This document shows, one piece after another, positions 60,948 through 64,000 of a stretch of 64,000 nucleotides of DNA. Within the stretch, counting starts at the first letter, position 1. The number at the start of each line of letters is the position of its first letter. The notes under the pieces are model-generated. The model made no database searches. It was not told the origin of the DNA and saw only the letters and a program-made list of their open reading frames with translations. The position numbers and the translations under genes are program-made. Source of the DNA: Cyanophora paradoxa CCMP329 (taxonomy: Eukaryota; Plantae; Glaucophyta); NCBI GenBank assembly GCA_004431415.1, contig QPMI01000066.1:372001-436000 (forward strand), in the 5' to 3' direction.

Positions 60948-62703
60948 TCAGAGACTCGGCTCTGCAGTTGACGCCGTAGAGGTTGCCGCTGCTGCAGGCA
61001 GGCCATGTTGCTGAAGCTGAAGCATCACTTTCAGAGTCTTGTCTCCCCAGCCCCCCAGAAGCGACTTCGCTTCCTATGGACGGCGCTTAAATGATCATGA
61101 GGTTTCCTACCTATAGCTATACGGATTGCAGAATTAAAAACTTACCTGGAAGACTTCTCTCACTCTCTCGACGACCTGTTGAACGCTGCCTTCGGACCCT
61201 GCCGCAGAGGAAACTCGCTTCGCCAGCCATTCATCCAGTTTGTCGAGCAGGATTGGGTCTCGCACTGATCCGGTGCAGGATGAGATTAAATCGCTGAAAA
61301 GCGCTCAAGCAGAATTAGAGCTGCGTACGATATCTGTCATTTCCCGATCCGTTCCAATTTTTGCAGATGTTCAGCAGCCCTTTTCTAGCCATTTCAGAAG
61401 TCAGTTGCATGCAAACAATGTCAGAAAGCTTGCGGTCCTTGCATTCGAGGGCCTGCGCAGTGCTTCTCAGCTGCGTTCTAAACACACGATCATGATAATA
61501 AGCGTACGTCGCAGTGGGAGAGAAGCAGATCCATGCCTTTGAGGATCACACGGCCAAGAGCGGAATTTGACTGGATGTTCATCACAGTCGAATTTCTGCC
61601 AGAATCGACAACGGCGAAATCGAAGGCGGGGTCCTTGACGATAGCGCTGAGGAACTGACAGAAGTCTTCTTTCGAACCGAATTTGATCAACTCATGAAAG
61701 AGCCACTCGACACAATTTATCGAGTCTGAATTTGTCGCCGCGAATTGGGGCGTACAGAAATTGAAAGTGCGAAGCGTTCGCAGTATCGCTGATCGCACCC
61801 ATTCTACAGCATAAGCAGGCGATTCGCCAGGAAGCGGGTTTGAAACCCGAGCCTGCAAGGCAGCCTCGCAAGCGTTTCGCAGCTGGGGATCGCGGATATT
61901 TGAGGACGTGTGAGAAATGAGCTCTTCCAAATCGCTGCCAAGGAAGAAGAGCTGCCTGGCAGGCAGTCCTTTCTTGCAAATCGAGAGAAATTCGGGTCGT
62001 CCCATTTCTTCGGCTGCAGCTGAAACTATCGAGAAGTCCGAAAGCCTCGCGTTGCGCTCAATGTAAGCCGCCGCCGCTCCAACTCCGGGCTCCCAACTGC
62101 GATCAAATATAAATTCGAGGAACTGGCCCGGCGGCGAATAAGAGCGCTGCGCATGCATATGCAGATGCATATGCGCATGCACACACCCGTATTCGAGGCA
62201 TACGCGGCAGAATGCAAGGGCGCTCGGAACATCTTGCATTACCTCTGCGGTTGACTGCCCGTACAGAGAGCGCAAGAAGGCCTCGAGCTCGAAGAGCTCC
62301 GGATCCCCCCCGCAAGCTGTCGGCTCCCCAATCTCGAGCACCTTCGCGGATGCGCGACGAGAGCGTTATAATTACACACCGCGCCACCTCTAGATCTGTT
62401 TTCGCGCGCGCCCGCGCGCGCGGGCACCTGCGGGCTCCCGATGCGGAGCGGGGCGCGGCGTGCAGCTGACGAATTCGAACTCCATCGCTCGGAAAGGAGA
62501 GCATCAAAGAAAGAAGCTTGCCGCAGATACTGCAAAAGGCTTTGATCTTGATCTCACGTGAACTTCGGAAATTAAAGCGCAACGCGCACATCCGAATCGA
62601 CGAAGAAGCTTCTTTTGTGGCCGCGGATGACGAGCTCGACGTCCGCGTAGCGCACGACGTCAAAGTGCCGATCCATCGAATTTGCGGTTCCAACTCTTTT
62701 CAT
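60948..62703 (-). CDS. BTB/POZ domain protein, multi-exon
   Basis: MKRVG...RYADVELVIRGHKRSFFVDSD|YLRQASFFDALLSERWS...|...ELEAFLRSLYG...ALAFCRVCLEYG fits the BTB pattern. A helical C-terminus ends ...STAEPSL*. Confidence 0.75.
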
Positions 62704-63025
62704 TCTTCTAGCTAGGTTCTCTCCTTCGAACTTCGGAAATTCTCTCTCGCCCCCTTCTTCTCCTCCTTCCCCCCTCCTTCTTCTCCCCTCTCTCTCTCCC
62801 CCTCCCTTACCCTCCCTTCTTCTCCCAGCTCCTCAGGCCTGCGGCCCCCAAGAATACTATGATACCTCCTTAAATGTGACGTTAGCAGACCAGGCCGCGA
62901 CCTTGACACGGCGTTCAGGGCCTCTGTAGCTCCGGAAAAGACTTCTCGATTGAACCATTTGATAATAAAACCAATAATTACATGCCCATGCCATATGCAT
63001 GCGCTGTGCTGAACTAAAGCTAGCC

Positions 63026-64000
63026 TCACGTGTCGGAGGCCCGGCAGGGGAGGTCGGTGAGGAGGGTGCGGCACCACCAGCGGCCCAGGCCGGCCTCCCT
63101 CAGCATGACGATCGTGAAGCGCGGGCGCAGGTTCGCCTCGGGGTAGTGCGGGGTGAAGAAGAACTTGTGCACGTCCACGCTTTGCCTGCCGTTAAAGCGT
63201 TCGAAACAGCTTTAACGAAGGAGCTTAAGCTTCAGGCGGCGCACGGCCTGTCGAGGGCGGGCGACTTGGCTCGGAACTGGTACAGGTTGATCACCACCTT
63301 CTCCGTCCCTTCGCCGTGCCGCATTCAAGGACTTACGATACAGAAAAGAAGGAAAGGAGCGAGAGGGGGCGCACCCGGGGTGACGAGGTCGTTGTACTTG
63401 AAGACCCAGCGGACGGGCAGCTGCTGAAACTGGCACCTGCCGGGCAGGGGCCGTCAGCACTCGGATCGCCACTCTCTGTCCTCTTGTTCGAGATCGCAGC
63501 TTATATTATTTAAGCTCATGGTTCGCGGCTCAAGCTTATAAGCTTGTTCTCTCTTTCATCGCAAGCTTATAAGCTTGTTCTCTCTTTCATCTCAAGCTTA
63601 TAAGCGTGTTCGATTTCAGAGGGGGCGCACTTGTAGACGAGGTAGCCGCACTCCTCCTGCGTCAGGAACGTGTTGCACGCCTCGTAGCAGTACGGGTTCT
63701 CCCTGTAGGTAATCATAAATTATAAGACGTTATTGTAAGGGTGCTCCGATCAGAGACAGGAAGGGTTATGCAATGTGAGGAAGGGTCTTGAGAGCGAGAA
63801 GGCGATGCTATCGTCAGCGTGCCGCAGTGCGGCGGGCGCTGCGCATTATACGGATCCGACGGCTTCTTGTATTATGCTTGTATGCCTTAGCGGTTGCGCA
63901 TCGACGTCGTTGCCAGCGGCGGGCGCGGCGCTGGCGCCAGCGGCAGCGCACGGCTTCTTCTTGTGTTTATAAATTATAACGGACGGATTGAACGGCTTCT
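63026..64000 (-). CDS. 3' exons of an unidentified protein; the gene probably extends beyond the window
   Basis: Codon-biased exons: ENPYCYEACNTFLTQEECGYLVY|..CQFQQLPVRWVFKYNDLVTP|..EGTEKVVINLYQFRAKSPALDR|..QSVDVHKFFFTPHYPEANLRPRFTIVMLREAGLGRWWCRTLLTDLPCRASDT*. Confidence 0.6.
63531..63606. repeat. Intronic tandem repeat, 32-bp unit, ~2.4 copies
   Basis: CAAGCTTATAAGCTTGTTCTCTCTTTCATC repeated; each unit carries the palindrome CAAGCTTATAAGCTTG. Confidence 0.9.

Noticed and set aside
1-64000. Autonomous transposon, retroelement or endogenous virus genes
   Set aside because: No transposase, RT, integrase, Rep/helicase or capsid motifs were recognised. The SNF2 gene is a cellular RAD5/SHPRH type.

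Overview
Eukaryotic, very GC-rich, gene-dense nuclear DNA with many short spliceosomal introns. Almost all long ORFs in the supplied track are artefacts, so I reconstructed genes exon by exon; exon boundaries and some termini are approximate. The source is most likely a glaucophyte alga such as Cyanophora (inference: two plastid transit peptides start MAF/MACF, the Mg-protoporphyrin monomethyl ester cyclase is nuclear, and a ciliary CFAP20DC-type gene argues against a red alga). Gene order: CFAP20DC-like 3' part (+), RNFT-like TM-RING E3 (+), bZIP with TGA/DOG1-like tail (+), TKL kinase (+), degenerate PB1-like locus (-), KH-KH protein with an unannotated C-terminal domain (+), WD40 protein (-), a tail-to-tail inverted pair of membrane-anchored class-2 O-methyltransferases, SLC35D-type nucleotide-sugar transporter (-), plastid PRXL2/AhpC-TSA-like protein (+), CHL27/AcsF (-), TRAF-like RING protein (-), winged-helix plus PB1-like protein (+), orphan RING fragment, SHPRH/RAD5-like SNF2 helicase (+), BTB protein (-) and the 3' end of an unknown gene (-). 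Best leads: (1) a KH plus possible triphosphate-tunnel-like protein in a cassette bracketed by ~145-bp direct repeats; (2) the methyltransferase pair, with a diverged pocket exon, a covarying intronic hairpin and a cloverleaf element in the spacer; (3) pervasive tandem palindromic hexamers that invade coding exons; (4) frequent GC-AG introns and micro-exons. No CRISPR array, rRNA or complete tRNA was found.
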